Source: Tortispora ganteri
Lineage: Eukaryota
Direction of reading: 5' to 3'
Assembly (NCBI GenBank): GCA_003707115.1
Contig: PPNB01000022.1
Span: 62,001 to 126,000, forward strand
DNA: 64,000 nucleotides
Each line of letters opens with the position of its first letter. Position 1 is the stretch's first letter. The notes under the pieces were generated by a model, which did not search any database, was not told where the DNA came from, and saw only the letters and a program-made list of their open reading frames with translations. Below are positions 49,836 to 61,422 of this stretch, one piece after another. The position numbers and the translations under genes are program-made.

Positions 49836-51101
49836 ATGGTACCGCGTCCGAAACTCGTAGGCCTTGAGTCACAGTTTGACATCGTGTATGACATGCTCGA
49901 GCAAGTGCTGCTCAGCAGAAAAGGTGATTCCCTGTTCGTAGCTGGCCAGCGGGGGTCCGGCAAGTCCACGTTGATCGATACGGCTTTGGATCAGCTCTAC
50001 GCCGAGTTCCCGGATAAGTTCGTGACCGTGCGCGTCACCGGCTGTGCATTTCAAGAAGACCAATCAGCATTTCAAAGCATTTGTGACCAGCTTATGCGGT
50101 TCTACCATATACAGAACAACCTCGAACTCCCCGACAAATCTTCGTTCGCATTGTCCCTCGAGGAACTCTACCGGACGCTGGTCGCCTCACCTAACCCGGA
50201 TTCAGTGCTCCCGATCTTCGTTATCATTGATGACGTCGAGTTCTTTGCGCGGAGGAATAAGCAGTCGCTGCTCTACAATCTCTTGGACATGGCACGCTCA
50301 TCGAAAGTGCCTGTAGCTGTGGTCGGTGCAACGCCTGTGCTTAGTATTAGTCTCCATCTCGAAAAGCGCGTCTACTCTCGTTTTTCGCAGCGTACACTTC
50401 TAGTGACACCGGCCTCATCGATAGAACAGTTCTGGCGTATATGCAAAGAAACTCTAGCGCTGCATGCACCCGCTGAGAATAGCGAAAAGTGGATACATGC
50501 TCTTGACGAAGTCGTCAAGACGTCTAAGGTTCAGACCTTGCTACGGTCTGTATACCACTCATCATGCGATCCGCGCCAGTTTGTCAACTACTGGGTCCCT
50601 ACGTTCAAGGCAGAACTGCCGACAGCCGACTTGGTTTTGCCACTGGATGCTATCGTTATGCCTAGCCTCGAAGACACGCTGCTCGGTCTGTCAGAGGCAG
50701 AAATTATTATATACACATGTGCGGCGCGAGCATACCACAAGACAGAACGTAAATCAATTAACTACAACATGACAATGGATGAATACAAAAACATGTTCAA
50801 ACAGATACGCGGTGAGATTATCGTCGGTACCAATCCTTTGCATGAGTCAGCTTCGTTAAACAGTGGCGATTTGGTGCTCAACGGTCAGGGACTGGCTACT
50901 TCAATGCGGGAAATCCCGCCAGAGATACGAAAGTATGCGTGGGAAAACTTGACACGCGTACATCTGTTGATCTCTACAACCATGACGCAAATGCGTGATG
51001 CCGACGCATACAATCCCTTCCGAGATGTGAAACCGGATTTGCCCTTGGAACTGCTCATGTATATCATTCCGGATCGGCTGAAGCGATGGGCTCGACTATA
51101 G
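49836..51101 (+). CDS. ORC4: Origin recognition complex subunit 4
   Basis: Walker A GQRGSGKS, Walker B IIDDVEFF, KQSLLYNLLD, LEKRVYSRFSQR. Confidence 0.92.
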   Translation: MVPRPKLVGLESQFDIVYDMLEQVLLSRKGDSLFVAGQRGSGKSTLIDTALDQLYAEFPDKFVTVRVTGCAFQEDQSAFQSICDQLMRFYHIQNNLELPDKSSFALSLEELYRTLVASPNPDSVLPIFVIIDDVEFFARRNKQSLLYNLLDMARSSKVPVAVVGATPVLSISLHLEKRVYSRFSQRTLLVTPASSIEQFWRICKETLALHAPAENSEKWIHALDEVVKTSKVQTLLRSVYHSSCDPRQFVNYWVPTFKAELPTADLVLPLDAIVMPSLEDTLLGLSEAEIIIYTCAARAYHKTERKSINYNMTMDEYKNMFKQIRGEIIVGTNPLHESASLNSGDLVLNGQGLATSMREIPPEIRKYAWENLTRVHLLISTTMTQMRDADAYNPFRDVKPDLPLELLMYIIPDRLKRWARL

Positions 51102-52210
51102 ATTCAGAGCTGGGTTTCTTGTTGTCACAATAGCGCGTGAACCCTGCAGCATATGACACTGATGACTCATTGATAGAGCGAACTTCGCTCGACTGTGCAT
51201 AATGTAGCCATTTGATAGGCCCAACTTCTGCGTGCTGCATAGCCACAATTAGAATGCTTATGGGATGTCTACCGCAAATAGTATTGCGAGTGGCGTTTAG
51301 GTACTCTGCCCATAGTGGGTGACTGATCAGTGAAATGACCTCCAGCGCCTTCGAGTCCAGGTACTGTATGCCCTTGAAAATGGGAACTTTAGGGTCATAA
51401 GACGCCGTTCCGAGCGACCGGTAGGAGTCGTAAACTTCTGGACTGGCCGCGTAGCCAGTATATGAAAAGCGTCGACCCCAATGACAAAAATCAGACGAGA
51501 TAACAACTGCGTTCTTGGGATCTGAGAAGTATTTCTCCAATAGCAGCCCATACAAGTTCTCAGTATGAGTGTCGATAGCGCCTACAAGAATAGGAATTAT
51601 AGGTCTGATTCCATCCTTGTGCATAGACATCTTTTTGTAGATGAATGGCATGTGCATTTCCAAACTGTGTTCGTCTTCGTCGTCCGCGATATTCATTTTC
51701 TCAAATTCGCTGGTATTATCTAGATCATCTACGGTTTCCGTGCAGATCGGCAGATCTCCTAGCGGGGTTTCATATACTTTGCACGCCGTCAAAGCGCAAC
51801 CGTCAAGATACAGGTGATGCGCTGGTCCAAGCACAAACACACGCTCACTATTTTGCTGTTAGAATTAAATGATCGCCATATCCGACATGATCCTTGATCG
51901 GGCTTTCACTTACATTCCATCCAGGTCCCACACGCTGTAAGCGTGACCAGCAGTGGGCCCAGAATATGCATATCCAGCATGTCTATAGTTAGTAATTTGT
52001 ACATACACAAAACAATTCATGAACATCATAATATCAATATCGCGCTACCTACGGGGCAATAATTACTCGAGCTCCTGGGACAATCGATCGTTCGCTGTCC
52101 TCTAAGAACTCCGTCAATTCCGCATCAAGAGTAGCCGCATCGCTTGAATACCAGCTTCCAGCGTGTGATGCCTTCCTGTTATCGCTATATTTAGGTCGTT
52201 TTCCTAACAT
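51064..52210 (-). CDS. MHO1: MEMO1-family protein Mho1; exons 52210-52053, 51982-51914, 51847-51064
   Basis: RKASHAGSWY, IIAP/HAGY across intron GTAGGT..TACTAAC..TAG, second intron GTAAGT..TTCTAAC..TAG, VFVLGPAHH, EHSLEM, ISSDFCHWG, NTICGRHPI, SSVSYA. Confidence 0.93.
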
Positions 52211-52328
52211 TAGTCAAGTTGCGAAGTGGCACGTAGTGTTTAAGAGCAAACTTGCGCCCCTTCCGGGCCTGCTTTAGCACTAACGGATCTCCCAAACTCA
52301 ATTTTAACAGTTGACCAATAGCAGCTCA

Positions 52329-54974
52329 TCACATGGTTGTACCTGACAGGCCTATGTCCCTGAGGTACTGCGAGAATAGCTCGCGAAGACGCGGAATGCA
52401 TTCCAAATCAGGCTTAGCAGGCTCTTGGTTCTTTTTCTTTTTCTCATTAAGCTTAACACGCTCCGCCTCTATAGTCTCTATCCATGTCTGCTCATCTGTC
52501 TGCTCTTCATCGCTCTCGAAGTCATCTAAGTCGGCGTCCTCCAGGCCAAAGTCAGAGTACGTAAAATCGCCTATAGGTATCGCTCCGCTCCAGTCAAGGT
52601 CTTTCTCTTCGCCAGCGCCCATCTTTGCTTCAGCTTTCCGCAGCTTCCATACTTTCCGCGCACGCTTCCATTCAATTATCTGGTTCGTCTCTTCCAGAAG
52701 AGCTTCGGCGCCAACTAGCTCACTAGCATCTTCAAAGAACTTCTGCATATCAATCTTTTCCTGATACCCGACCCGCAGGAATGACAAGAGGTCCTCCACC
52801 CAGTGCAATATCTCTCCAAAAAATCCATTGTCATTCACATAAATGTCGTGCAGAAACCTGTAAAAGCTGGGTGAGTGCTTCTCCACCAACGCAATAAATT
52901 TATGCACAAGATCGCCCGTCTGTTCCACTTCTTCCATAGCTAAGGTCACAACCTTAATCAAGTCATCAGCAAAGTTTTGAAAATCAACAAGCGCCTGATA
53001 TATGTCTGCTGACTTGTAGACGTAAGCCAGTGGACCGTAGAACATAACAAACATTTGCTTGCATAGACTGAGTGTAGCGTTGTCGGTAAAAATCTGCGAC
53101 AAAAGCTCATTGTCCCTTTTACGAGTAAGACATTTCAGTAACCTGTTGAGCGCAACAAACTGACTTACACGCTTTCGTTCAATGCTCGTAAGCGAATCAA
53201 TCCCAGCTTCATTTTCAATTGCTTTAGTAAAGGCCATCTCTCCCTCCATCACCCGCTGCAGCCGGAAGTGCGATATACCGGGACCCAACTTGTTAGTAGA
53301 TGCAATTGCATAAACTAAGCTACAACTTTCCTTCTCAGATTCATCCTTGATGATCTTTCGCTCTGCTGGTGAAAGAGCTACATACTTGGATAAACGATCA
53401 CATACGGCATCATCCGCTAGTTCTTCCTGTAGCGCAGCTATCTCGTCATTCTGCTCTCGGATCTGTTGCGAAAATGTCATCCCAAGGATGCGCTGAAATA
53501 GCGAGCGCCTGCCAAACGGTTGGGCCATAAACAAATCTATAAGACTCTTCATTACTGTCATTGGATTAGAAATCCATAGAATGTTCCGTAAGACCCGATA
53601 AGGCAGCAATTGGTGTATATGCTTCATTTGGTGGAAGAACTCCTCCGACCAGTCTTCTCCCAGGAAAAGGTGGTACAGAGTAGCAGCAATTTCTATTTGG
53701 AACCATTCAACAAGTTTGCTGTACCTCTCTGAGAGTTCTTCTAGTTTGGCGCACTTCTTGATCTCGTTAAATAAGCGGGTAAGACCGTCAGCACGAATCA
53801 AGTCGCTTCGAAACTGCGACATATAGGCCTCAAGGTCTTGAGATCGTGCTTTGGCTATGAGAAGGAATTCTCTCTGGTTATTGGCACGTAATTCGCTGTA
53901 CCTTTCACGTAGATGTATGTCGTCTAAGGACTGCTTGTCCAGAGAAGTCTTTGAGCCTTTAGTGACGAAGTCTTTAAAGGCACGCGTTTTAGTCACTTTA
54001 GGGTTTTGTGCTAGTTTGGACAGGTATGATTTCAGCTGCAGTCTTTGACGCTCACGGTATATGAGGTAGCGACCGTCCTGGACCTCATTGGCGGAGGAGA
54101 TGGAAGTGTTGTCGTCGGTGACTGTACCAGATGTACCAATTAACCCTTCGATATCGGCGGCGTCATCGACAATGGAGACGATGGACTCAGAGTCTGACTC
54201 AACTGTATACTGGCCAGATACATCGTCGACTACCAGAGAAGAGGATGCATAGACCTTTGGGGGTAGGCGAGGTAGCTTGCCGACGACCTTGATAGATTTG
54301 TGGAGCCGTCGGAAGTCGCCATAACGCCGAAAGACGTAGGCGGGATTGGGATCTGAGGAAGTGAACACTTTGACAATAAACCTTGCATGTTTAGTTGATT
54401 TGACTTTTGATGTTGTCTTGGAGACCATTTGGACGCCAACCACATCTATAAAGGTGGCCGCTGTTGCTGAGGAGGAGGATGAGGCCTTAGAAGAAGGCGG
54501 AGACAGGCGGGAGTTGGACAGCGGATGGACAGGATCGTTAGATGCGGTGGCAAGTGTTCTAATAGATCGCTGTTCTCTTGTAGCATCTTCAAGGCCTGAT
54601 TTAGTTTTTATACCTGAAGAGAAACATATCTCAACAAGTCGCCGCAGCATTTCAGTGATCTTCTGTCTTTTGAGGTTCTCTGACTGGTCCTCGACGGTTG
54701 AGAGGTCAGCACCGAGGAACATTTCTATAAATACTTGAACATTATCTTGCCAAAATTCTTTTTCGCTTGCTGATCTGACAAATGGGAAAGTTTTTACGAA
54801 TTTGTTCAGCATGTAATTGATGAGCTGGAACTGACCAGTACTAGTACCTTTGAAGGGGCTACCTATATGACTTAGAGCACCCGGTTGAGATAACAGATCA
54901 AACTCGTATTTTGTTTGCTGACTAATCAATTCGCGTTTTAAATAGTGCTCCTGAATACCGTCTAACCGAGACAT
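52329..54974 (-). CDS. PX-domain protein of the YPR097W/DUF3818 type
   Basis: QEHYLKRELI, FPF...FWQD.VQ.F, RRYGDF..L, RERQRLQLKSYL, DLFMAQPFG..SL.QR; ATG at 54974. Confidence 0.88.
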   Translation of the reverse strand: MSRLDGIQEHYLKRELISQQTKYEFDLLSQPGALSHIGSPFKGTSTGQFQLINYMLNKFVKTFPFVRSASEKEFWQDNVQVFIEMFLGADLSTVEDQSENLKRQKITEMLRRLVEICFSSGIKTKSGLEDATREQRSIRTLATASNDPVHPLSNSRLSPPSSKASSSSSATAATFIDVVGVQMVSKTTSKVKSTKHARFIVKVFTSSDPNPAYVFRRYGDFRRLHKSIKVVGKLPRLPPKVYASSSLVVDDVSGQYTVESDSESIVSIVDDAADIEGLIGTSGTVTDDNTSISSANEVQDGRYLIYRERQRLQLKSYLSKLAQNPKVTKTRAFKDFVTKGSKTSLDKQSLDDIHLRERYSELRANNQREFLLIAKARSQDLEAYMSQFRSDLIRADGLTRLFNEIKKCAKLEELSERYSKLVEWFQIEIAATLYHLFLGEDWSEEFFHQMKHIHQLLPYRVLRNILWISNPMTVMKSLIDLFMAQPFGRRSLFQRILGMTFSQQIREQNDEIAALQEELADDAVCDRLSKYVALSPAERKIIKDESEKESCSLVYAIASTNKLGPGISHFRLQRVMEGEMAFTKAIENEAGIDSLTSIERKRVSQFVALNRLLKCLTRKRDNELLSQIFTDNATLSLCKQMFVMFYGPLAYVYKSADIYQALVDFQNFADDLIKVVTLAMEEVEQTGDLVHKFIALVEKHSPSFYRFLHDIYVNDNGFFGEILHWVEDLLSFLRVGYQEKIDMQKFFEDASELVGAEALLEETNQIIEWKRARKVWKLRKAEAKMGAGEEKDLDWSGAIPIGDFTYSDFGLEDADLDDFESDEEQTDEQTWIETIEAERVKLNEKKKKNQEPAKPDLECIPRLRELFSQYLRDIGLSGTTM

Positions 54975-55157
54975 GTTATTGAGCTGATAATTGTGTATAT
55001 AGAAGAGATAGAGGAAAGGTTCAATTGGGGGTGGAATATTACAGTCTATTTGCACAAGTTGGGACAAACTATATCCGTGCAACTTATGCCAAAAAAAAAA
55101 AAAAAAGGAAAAATGAAGGAGATTTGCTTGATCCAATCGTGATATATTATAACACCA

Positions 55158-57062
55158 TTAACGTCGTTGGTTCTTGCCAATACCTCTCTTTCCAGAGAAT
55201 AAATGCTTCGGCAAAGTATCGGGCGTGTGACGATCTGCTTCGCCTACCCGCGCCATCCGGTTCCGTTGTCGTTGTGCCTTCTTCGCGGCTTTGTGTAGTC
55301 TCTCAATAGCTTCCTTTGACGATACACCATCTTCCAATCTATTCGATTGAATAACATTCGCATCATGAGCCTCAGATTCACGCATAACAATATCCTGACC
55401 TGTCTCTGCAGGAACTCCAGATCGGCTCTTTATAGCTCGGTCTACTGTCGCAGACGGATCTACGCCAATATCTTCCATGTGGCTCACAAACTGCGATAAT
55501 GTACGCACTTTTTTGCTGCGTGGAATAAGCGCATTGTTGTTCAGCCCTTTTCTAATCCGGCCTTCAGCTTTCATGATTTTGTGTTTCTTTCGGATCCACG
55601 CCGCTTTTCTTCTAATCTCTTCAGCTTCGTCGTCCTCTATTTCTTCTTCACTTTCGTAAAATCCTTCTTGCTCAAGTCGTTCTTCTTCCTCTTCTAATGC
55701 TTTCAGTTTCGCTGAAATTTGAGGATCAATAAAATCGTATACATTCTTGCCATCCAAAATCTCAGGCATAATGTCGTTCTTCCATTCTTCATCTTCGAGA
55801 ATGTATTTGTCTTTCAAGTTTACACTGAACACGCCCGCACCTCCGTTCTCTTCCTCAATATCACGCGCAAGCTTGCGGCGTTGCTCGCTACTCTTGTCGT
55901 AAGAGTGCAACAGCTCCAGAGCGCCTTCGGGAATATAGTGCTCGCGTACCTTATCGTCGCGCCGCTGTGGCGTAGCCAAGTGAATCTTGTTCAATACATT
56001 GTTAACCTTTGTGCCCTTAAGCTTCTGTTCAATACGCTGAGAAAGAAGCTTTTCGCATGCGCGGTTGCGTACATCAAAAATTCCATCCTGAGATTGGCAC
56101 GACAGCTGCATAATTTCAACGCCCTCAACCTCAGTCAGTGAATTGATCAATTTCGTGCGTTCCTCATCAAGCTCTTCTAAACGCAAAATATCAGTCTTGT
56201 TGATCACTACCAGGACGCTCTTGTTAGAAAAGAGCGGCTTAATATTGTGGAACAATTTAACTTGCGCCTCAACGCTGTAACCGCACTGCTCAGATAAGTC
56301 CATAAAATACAGACAGCAGGACCGTATATGTGCAATCGCATAAATAGATTGCATCTCAATGGTGTTCATCTCGTCCGTAGGGTGGTCCAAAATACCGGGC
56401 GTGTCGATAGCCTGGAACCGCAGGTACTTGTAGTCAAAGTGGCCCACGTACAGCGATTTCGTCGTGAACGCGTACGGCTGTACTTCGACATCTGCGCGGG
56501 TAATCGAACGCAAAAATGAAGATTTGCCAACATTAGGGTACCCGCAAATGATCAAAGTGCGCGTGTTCGGGTCGATCGACGGCAGACGACCAAGATGCTG
56601 GCGTACCTGCTCCAGGTAGATCAAAGGGTCCTTGAGTCGCTTAATAATTGTGGCCATTCGGCCAAGTGCTGCGCGCTTCAGTTGCTTGCATTGAAACAAA
56701 GATTGACCGTACTTCAAGAGACGCACATAGTCTCTAGATACTGATTCGATCAATGATTTAGAAGTAGTCATCTGAGATAACGCAATCTTGTAGTGGTTCT
56801 TCTCGTAGAGTGTGTGCATCAAGTCTCTGTGGAACGGATGAATGTCGTCTAAACGCGGAAAAGAATCAACAATTTCTTGCAGCTTCTCTGCAAACCCGTC
56901 GGCTGTAAATCGTACTTTCCGCATATAAAACGCACGGATCCTAGAGATACTGTAACCTGGCCGGATCACAGTAGGAGTTTTCCTCTGTGTTCGATTGAGA
57001 ACAACATCAAGAAAATCATTTGAATTAGGAATAGGCGCAATATCCTTCCACGCCGTTTTCAT
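55158..57062 (-). CDS. NOG1: Nucleolar GTP-binding protein Nog1
   Basis: RTQRKTPTV, CGYPNVGKSSF, YAFTTKSL, DTPGILD, NKTD, PKHLFSGKRGIGK. Confidence 0.97.
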   Translation of the reverse strand: MKTAWKDIAPIPNSNDFLDVVLNRTQRKTPTVIRPGYSISRIRAFYMRKVRFTADGFAEKLQEIVDSFPRLDDIHPFHRDLMHTLYEKNHYKIALSQMTTSKSLIESVSRDYVRLLKYGQSLFQCKQLKRAALGRMATIIKRLKDPLIYLEQVRQHLGRLPSIDPNTRTLIICGYPNVGKSSFLRSITRADVEVQPYAFTTKSLYVGHFDYKYLRFQAIDTPGILDHPTDEMNTIEMQSIYAIAHIRSCCLYFMDLSEQCGYSVEAQVKLFHNIKPLFSNKSVLVVINKTDILRLEELDEERTKLINSLTEVEGVEIMQLSCQSQDGIFDVRNRACEKLLSQRIEQKLKGTKVNNVLNKIHLATPQRRDDKVREHYIPEGALELLHSYDKSSEQRRKLARDIEEENGGAGVFSVNLKDKYILEDEEWKNDIMPEILDGKNVYDFIDPQISAKLKALEEEEERLEQEGFYESEEEIEDDEAEEIRRKAAWIRKKHKIMKAEGRIRKGLNNNALIPRSKKVRTLSQFVSHMEDIGVDPSATVDRAIKSRSGVPAETGQDIVMRESEAHDANVIQSNRLEDGVSSKEAIERLHKAAKKAQRQRNRMARVGEADRHTPDTLPKHLFSGKRGIGKNQRR

Positions 57063-57290
57063 CCTGGCTTTCTTTTTTGCTTCAGCGGCTGAAACAAAGG
57101 TGAGGTAGAGACGCTAAGCAAGAAATTTTCTGCGTTCACTTTTTTTCTTAAGGTCCCACCCAGAAGGGGGGGATTTTTTTTTTTTCGCTTGGGAAGTTAA
57201 ATCCCTAACCCGAGATTATCAGCCAATTATACACCTTAATGGAGACACTGGGAATTACCCCTTTGAGTTGCTTTCATATAAATTGTTTTG

Positions 57291-58784
57291 TCATTCAAGT
57301 GCATCAGTGCCTTTTATCTTACCTTGGCCCTTCTCCATTTTGGCTGATCTGGCCCCAAACTGAATTGCACGTTTAGGTGTATCGGCTACAAATCCCAAAG
57401 AAAGACTTCGCGCCAGTTCGCGCAGCAGGAACTTGTCTTCGTCGGTCTCACAGTTGAATTTAGCTTGCAGCGACAGACCAAGCGCGTAGTCGACAACGTC
57501 CTTGTCTAGATAAGGATACCGCAGCTCTCTAGCCCAGGAACCTGTCACTCGGTCGTCTCGACCAAGGTTACGAGAGTGGAGTCTGTTGAAATCAAACTCC
57601 AGTTCTTCTGCGAGTGCGTCATAGCGTTGTTCTATACTAGTCGATTGACGCTGGAATATAGATCTGTGTCGCTTGTACCCTGCAAACAGTTCATCAGCAC
57701 CTAGACCGCTTATAAACACTTTGGAAGTGCATCTATAGCCTCTAGTACATTGTTCCGAGTTACCTGACTCTAAAAGGGTGGCATCGTCAGCTCTAGCCGC
57801 GAAATAGAACGCCAATGCGATCGACAAGTCCATTACGGAGTCGAGCGGTTTTATTAGATCTGTCACACGCTGTTTGTGCGTTTCTACGAGGCTGAAGGGG
57901 ACGTTGACGGCGACAAACCGTATAGGCCTTTCTGATAATTGTATGAGCGCGCGCCAAGATTGCAGCCCAAGGTGTCTGTCTGGTGCGTCATCTGCAGCCT
58001 TGTTTGTGCGTGGATGGTCAAACGCAACGTTTACGAGATCTATAGGATGTCCAGGAGGTAGACAGAGATCGGCAATTCTTGCGAGAATAGTGCAATCGAG
58101 GCCACCCGAGAAGAGTACGGCGAGAGGTTGGTCGGGTATTCTGGTGATGCGTCGTCGGACGGCAGTTGTGAGCGTGTTGCACATCCGCTGGACGGTGGTG
58201 GCAATGTCGCTCAGGCTGATGTGTCTGGAGAGTACAGGTCGCTCGAAGATCGGTGCGGTAGATAGTGTGAATGTAGTTATGTCGAGCTTGTAGAGCAGGT
58301 AAGGTACGACTTCAATTGGTTCAGCGAGACCAGCACTGGCAACAATAAATGAACATTCGTGCAATGAGTATACAAGGCTGCGCATACCGATGTGATCACG
58401 TAGAAAGAATATGGCTTGTTCTGAGGCGCTATAATAGACTACTGCGTACTCGCCTGTGATGGCATTGAGAGCCGGCACCAGTCCATGTTGAGCAATCTGC
58501 TCAGATAGGTAGCGGGTATCATTGATATGAGAATGAAGAACATAATCGGGTTGGTATAGCTCACCATTGAATAGAAGCCAGCTGCCATCAGTGAACTGGA
58601 CTGGTTGTTGCACGAGCGGATCCCGTAGACTTAATACTGATCCCATAGCTGAGATTGTGCAAGCACCACATTGTGTTATTATTTGATTATACACATCAGG
58701 ACCTCTGTCTTTACATGCGGAAACTAACCAATCAGAGATTATGGGCTTGCCTGCGAGTACAGCATTGACAAGGATCCCACACAT
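57291..58784 (-). CDS. Asparagine synthetase domain-containing protein (ASNSD1/YML096W-like)
   Basis: MCGI, RGPD, VLFSGGLDC, DLVNVAF, GLGADELFAGY.RH, RNLGRDDR, KRAIQFGARSAKM. Confidence 0.93.
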   Translation of the reverse strand: MCGILVNAVLAGKPIISDWLVSACKDRGPDVYNQIITQCGACTISAMGSVLSLRDPLVQQPVQFTDGSWLLFNGELYQPDYVLHSHINDTRYLSEQIAQHGLVPALNAITGEYAVVYYSASEQAIFFLRDHIGMRSLVYSLHECSFIVASAGLAEPIEVVPYLLYKLDITTFTLSTAPIFERPVLSRHISLSDIATTVQRMCNTLTTAVRRRITRIPDQPLAVLFSGGLDCTILARIADLCLPPGHPIDLVNVAFDHPRTNKAADDAPDRHLGLQSWRALIQLSERPIRFVAVNVPFSLVETHKQRVTDLIKPLDSVMDLSIALAFYFAARADDATLLESGNSEQCTRGYRCTSKVFISGLGADELFAGYKRHRSIFQRQSTSIEQRYDALAEELEFDFNRLHSRNLGRDDRVTGSWARELRYPYLDKDVVDYALGLSLQAKFNCETDEDKFLLRELARSLSLGFVADTPKRAIQFGARSAKMEKGQGKIKGTDALE

Positions 58785-58955
58785 AATAAGTAGTGAGCGA
58801 GCTGGCTAAAGAGGGTGGTGGTGGTTGTTGTTGTTGGGACTTGAAGATTATCACATACAAACATACAACCCACCAATCCCTGTGCGTCAACCATAATAGA
58901 CAACGACACAGCAGAAGGCTAAGTGTATCAGAATAAAAAGGAAAGAAAATCAAAG

Positions 58956-60329
58956 ATGGATACTGAACGTCAAAGACTACCTGAACCAGAAGATGAGAAA
59001 CCGTTTGATTTTCAACGGTTTTTAGATCAATTACGACATAAATCGGCAGATTCAATAGCAAGGTATCTTCGTAGTTTTCTGGCTGAGTTTTCAAGGTCAA
59101 CTTGGCCCGTTAGTGACCAGGTCCGTATTATTAGTGACTTTTTGAACTTCATTTATCCGAAAATGCGACAAACAAAACCCTTTTCAACACTCTCAGATGC
59201 AGAATTCGATAATGCTAAAGAAGGAATGGAAAAGCTCATTATGAGTAGACTATACTCACAAACTTTCTCCCCCACAATCGCCCCGTCAAAACTTGATTCG
59301 TCGCATGAAGAAGACCTCCTCCGAGATAAGGTCATAGATGAAAAATTATTGCTTTGGTCTTGGATCAAGGGCGAACACCTAGATCTCGATAAGGAAATCC
59401 TCAATAACTCTGCTATTGCCAAGCGGTTTATCGGACTCGCAAGGAAAGAGCTCGCTAAGATAAATAACTATCGTGCGCCCCGCGATAAGCTCATATGTAT
59501 CCTTAATTGCTGCAAAGTCATATTCGGTATGCTTAGACAGCTCAAAGTTGAAGGTAGTGCAGACAAGTTCCTCCCTGTCCTTATCCTTATCGTCATCAGA
59601 ACCGCTCCTGAGCACCTCAACTCAAACGTACAATATATAATGCGCTTCAGATCCCCAAACAGACTCAACGGTGAAGCCGGTTATTATCTTTCTTCCTTAC
59701 AGGGCGCTATAAGCTTCATTGAAGCCCTTGATAGGTCATCCCTTACTATCTCCGACGAAGACTACGAGAAGAACGTCGAACAATGCGTCGCTAAGCTAGC
59801 TGAACGTGATAAAAGGTATCATAACCACTCACGCAGCAGAAAATCATCAAATGCATCTTTATCTGACCTGAAATCTCGCTCCCGAAACAACTCATCAGCT
59901 TCCTTGCCTAGCGCGCGATCTCTAACCCCGACACTCCTAGACTCAGCCGCTAACATCTCCTCTTTGGTTACCTCTTTCAAATCAATGACTACAAAACTAT
60001 GGGACTTCGACACATCTTCTATTATTAATACTACAACAGATGACTATGCATCCTCCCGCACTACCTCTAAACCGCCTGCATCTTCAGAAGAGGACCAGCT
60101 CACTCCGACAATGCTTCGCATACACGAACTCGAGCAAGAAGAGCACAAACAGGCCACATTATCTCTTCAGGAGATGTTTCCAGTCCTTTCTGAGTCTACA
60201 ATTAGTGATATCCTCGTGCAGAAGCAGGACAGAATCGGCGAGGCTGTTGACGCTTGTCTGAGCTTAGCTGCCGCGTCTAGCCAAGAACCGTTACAGGAAC
60301 GCGCATCGACTCCATCTCGTGACGGCTAA
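58956..60329 (+). CDS. VPS9: Rab5/Vps21 guanine exchange factor Vps9 with C-terminal CUE domain
   Basis: FDFQRFL.QL, EGMEKLIM.RLY, RAPRDK..CILNCCKVIFG, SADKFLP, GEAGYYLSSL, LQEMFP..IGEAVDACL; ATG at 58956. Confidence 0.94.
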   Translation: MDTERQRLPEPEDEKPFDFQRFLDQLRHKSADSIARYLRSFLAEFSRSTWPVSDQVRIISDFLNFIYPKMRQTKPFSTLSDAEFDNAKEGMEKLIMSRLYSQTFSPTIAPSKLDSSHEEDLLRDKVIDEKLLLWSWIKGEHLDLDKEILNNSAIAKRFIGLARKELAKINNYRAPRDKLICILNCCKVIFGMLRQLKVEGSADKFLPVLILIVIRTAPEHLNSNVQYIMRFRSPNRLNGEAGYYLSSLQGAISFIEALDRSSLTISDEDYEKNVEQCVAKLAERDKRYHNHSRSRKSSNASLSDLKSRSRNNSSASLPSARSLTPTLLDSAANISSLVTSFKSMTTKLWDFDTSSIINTTTDDYASSRTTSKPPASSEEDQLTPTMLRIHELEQEEHKQATLSLQEMFPVLSESTISDILVQKQDRIGEAVDACLSLAAASSQEPLQERASTPSRDG

Positions 60330-61300
60330 AGCGCAATGAAGGGGTTTACCCTAACCGTTTCCACTATGACACACTTGCATCGACGAACAACACGCCTGTG
60401 CGTAGCCTTACTGAGCTGTTAAATGCCCGACGTGAGTCGCTTCAGACAATTCCCTCAGTGAGCATTGTATTCCGGCGATTAACTTTGACGCAGCGCTGAG
60501 TTTACTGACTTTGTTTGTATTGTTAATGTTTAACGGCTAGTTAACAAATTTTCTGTTTAGCCAATTAAGTTTATAAACGAACATTCCCGGATCTTGAAAT
60601 CTTGAAATCTTGTTCTTGAAATCACTTGGCAATGACGCGCCATTGGAATTTTCTCGTGCGGCGGTAAAATTACCCACAATTTTTTATTTTCAAGACGCTG
60701 ACTCTTCAAATCAATTGCTTTAACGTACCGATGTACGATTGGAATCGATTGGAATCGATTCATATATTTTCTTTTTTAGAAATTGTACTCATAGCGTTTC
60801 ACCGATATTAAGCTTCTCAGTACATTCTTTTGAGTCAACATTTACCCATGAAGTATACGCCAAGGTGGGCTAGAAAATGCCTTATTTACTTTACTGCAGA
60901 AAAAAAGTGCGCAGGGGGGAATATATTTCTTTCTGTAAACACCGCTTAATTTTTTTAATCCGCCTTTTCCGTGGATTATAACTCAGCGGGCTCTACCGAA
61001 TTTTGTCTTTTTGCCTATAAAGCATAATGCGAAAAAACACCGCTTTCGGTGCGTTACGGAAACAAAATAAACTTTCTAACACTTACAAGACTTACTAAAA
61101 CAAACTCGAAACTACGTAGGTTTTTCTTTTTTGATCAGATCGATAAACTCAACTGTAAAAGCCCTGACCTACTGCCTAAGTGTGACTAAACGAATTCGAA
61201 AACCAGAAACAACGCACTCTATTCTTTATAACATACGCGTGAAGATCGCTCGCATAACCTGTGATACTTTTAAAGAGGAACTGCAATAGGTTCCGGTAAT

Positions 61301-61327
61301 CGTATTTACCGTATTTACCGTATTTAC
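61301..61327. repeat. 9-bp tandem repeat (CGTATTTAC)x3
   Basis: cgtatttac cgtatttac cgtatttac read directly. Confidence 0.8.
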
Positions 61328-61422
61328 TGAAACTATTGTGCCGACAGCCGGAGTCATCATGACCGCGCCTTAAATTTTTTCCTCACACTCAAAGTCTGGA
61401 ACTTCTTGTGGAGAAAAGATCA

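Noticed and set aside
58732..59100. Upstream ORF before the ASNSD1-like gene, by analogy to mammalian ASDURF
   Set aside because: Non-ATG start, overlaps VPS9 antisense, and no prefoldin-like features
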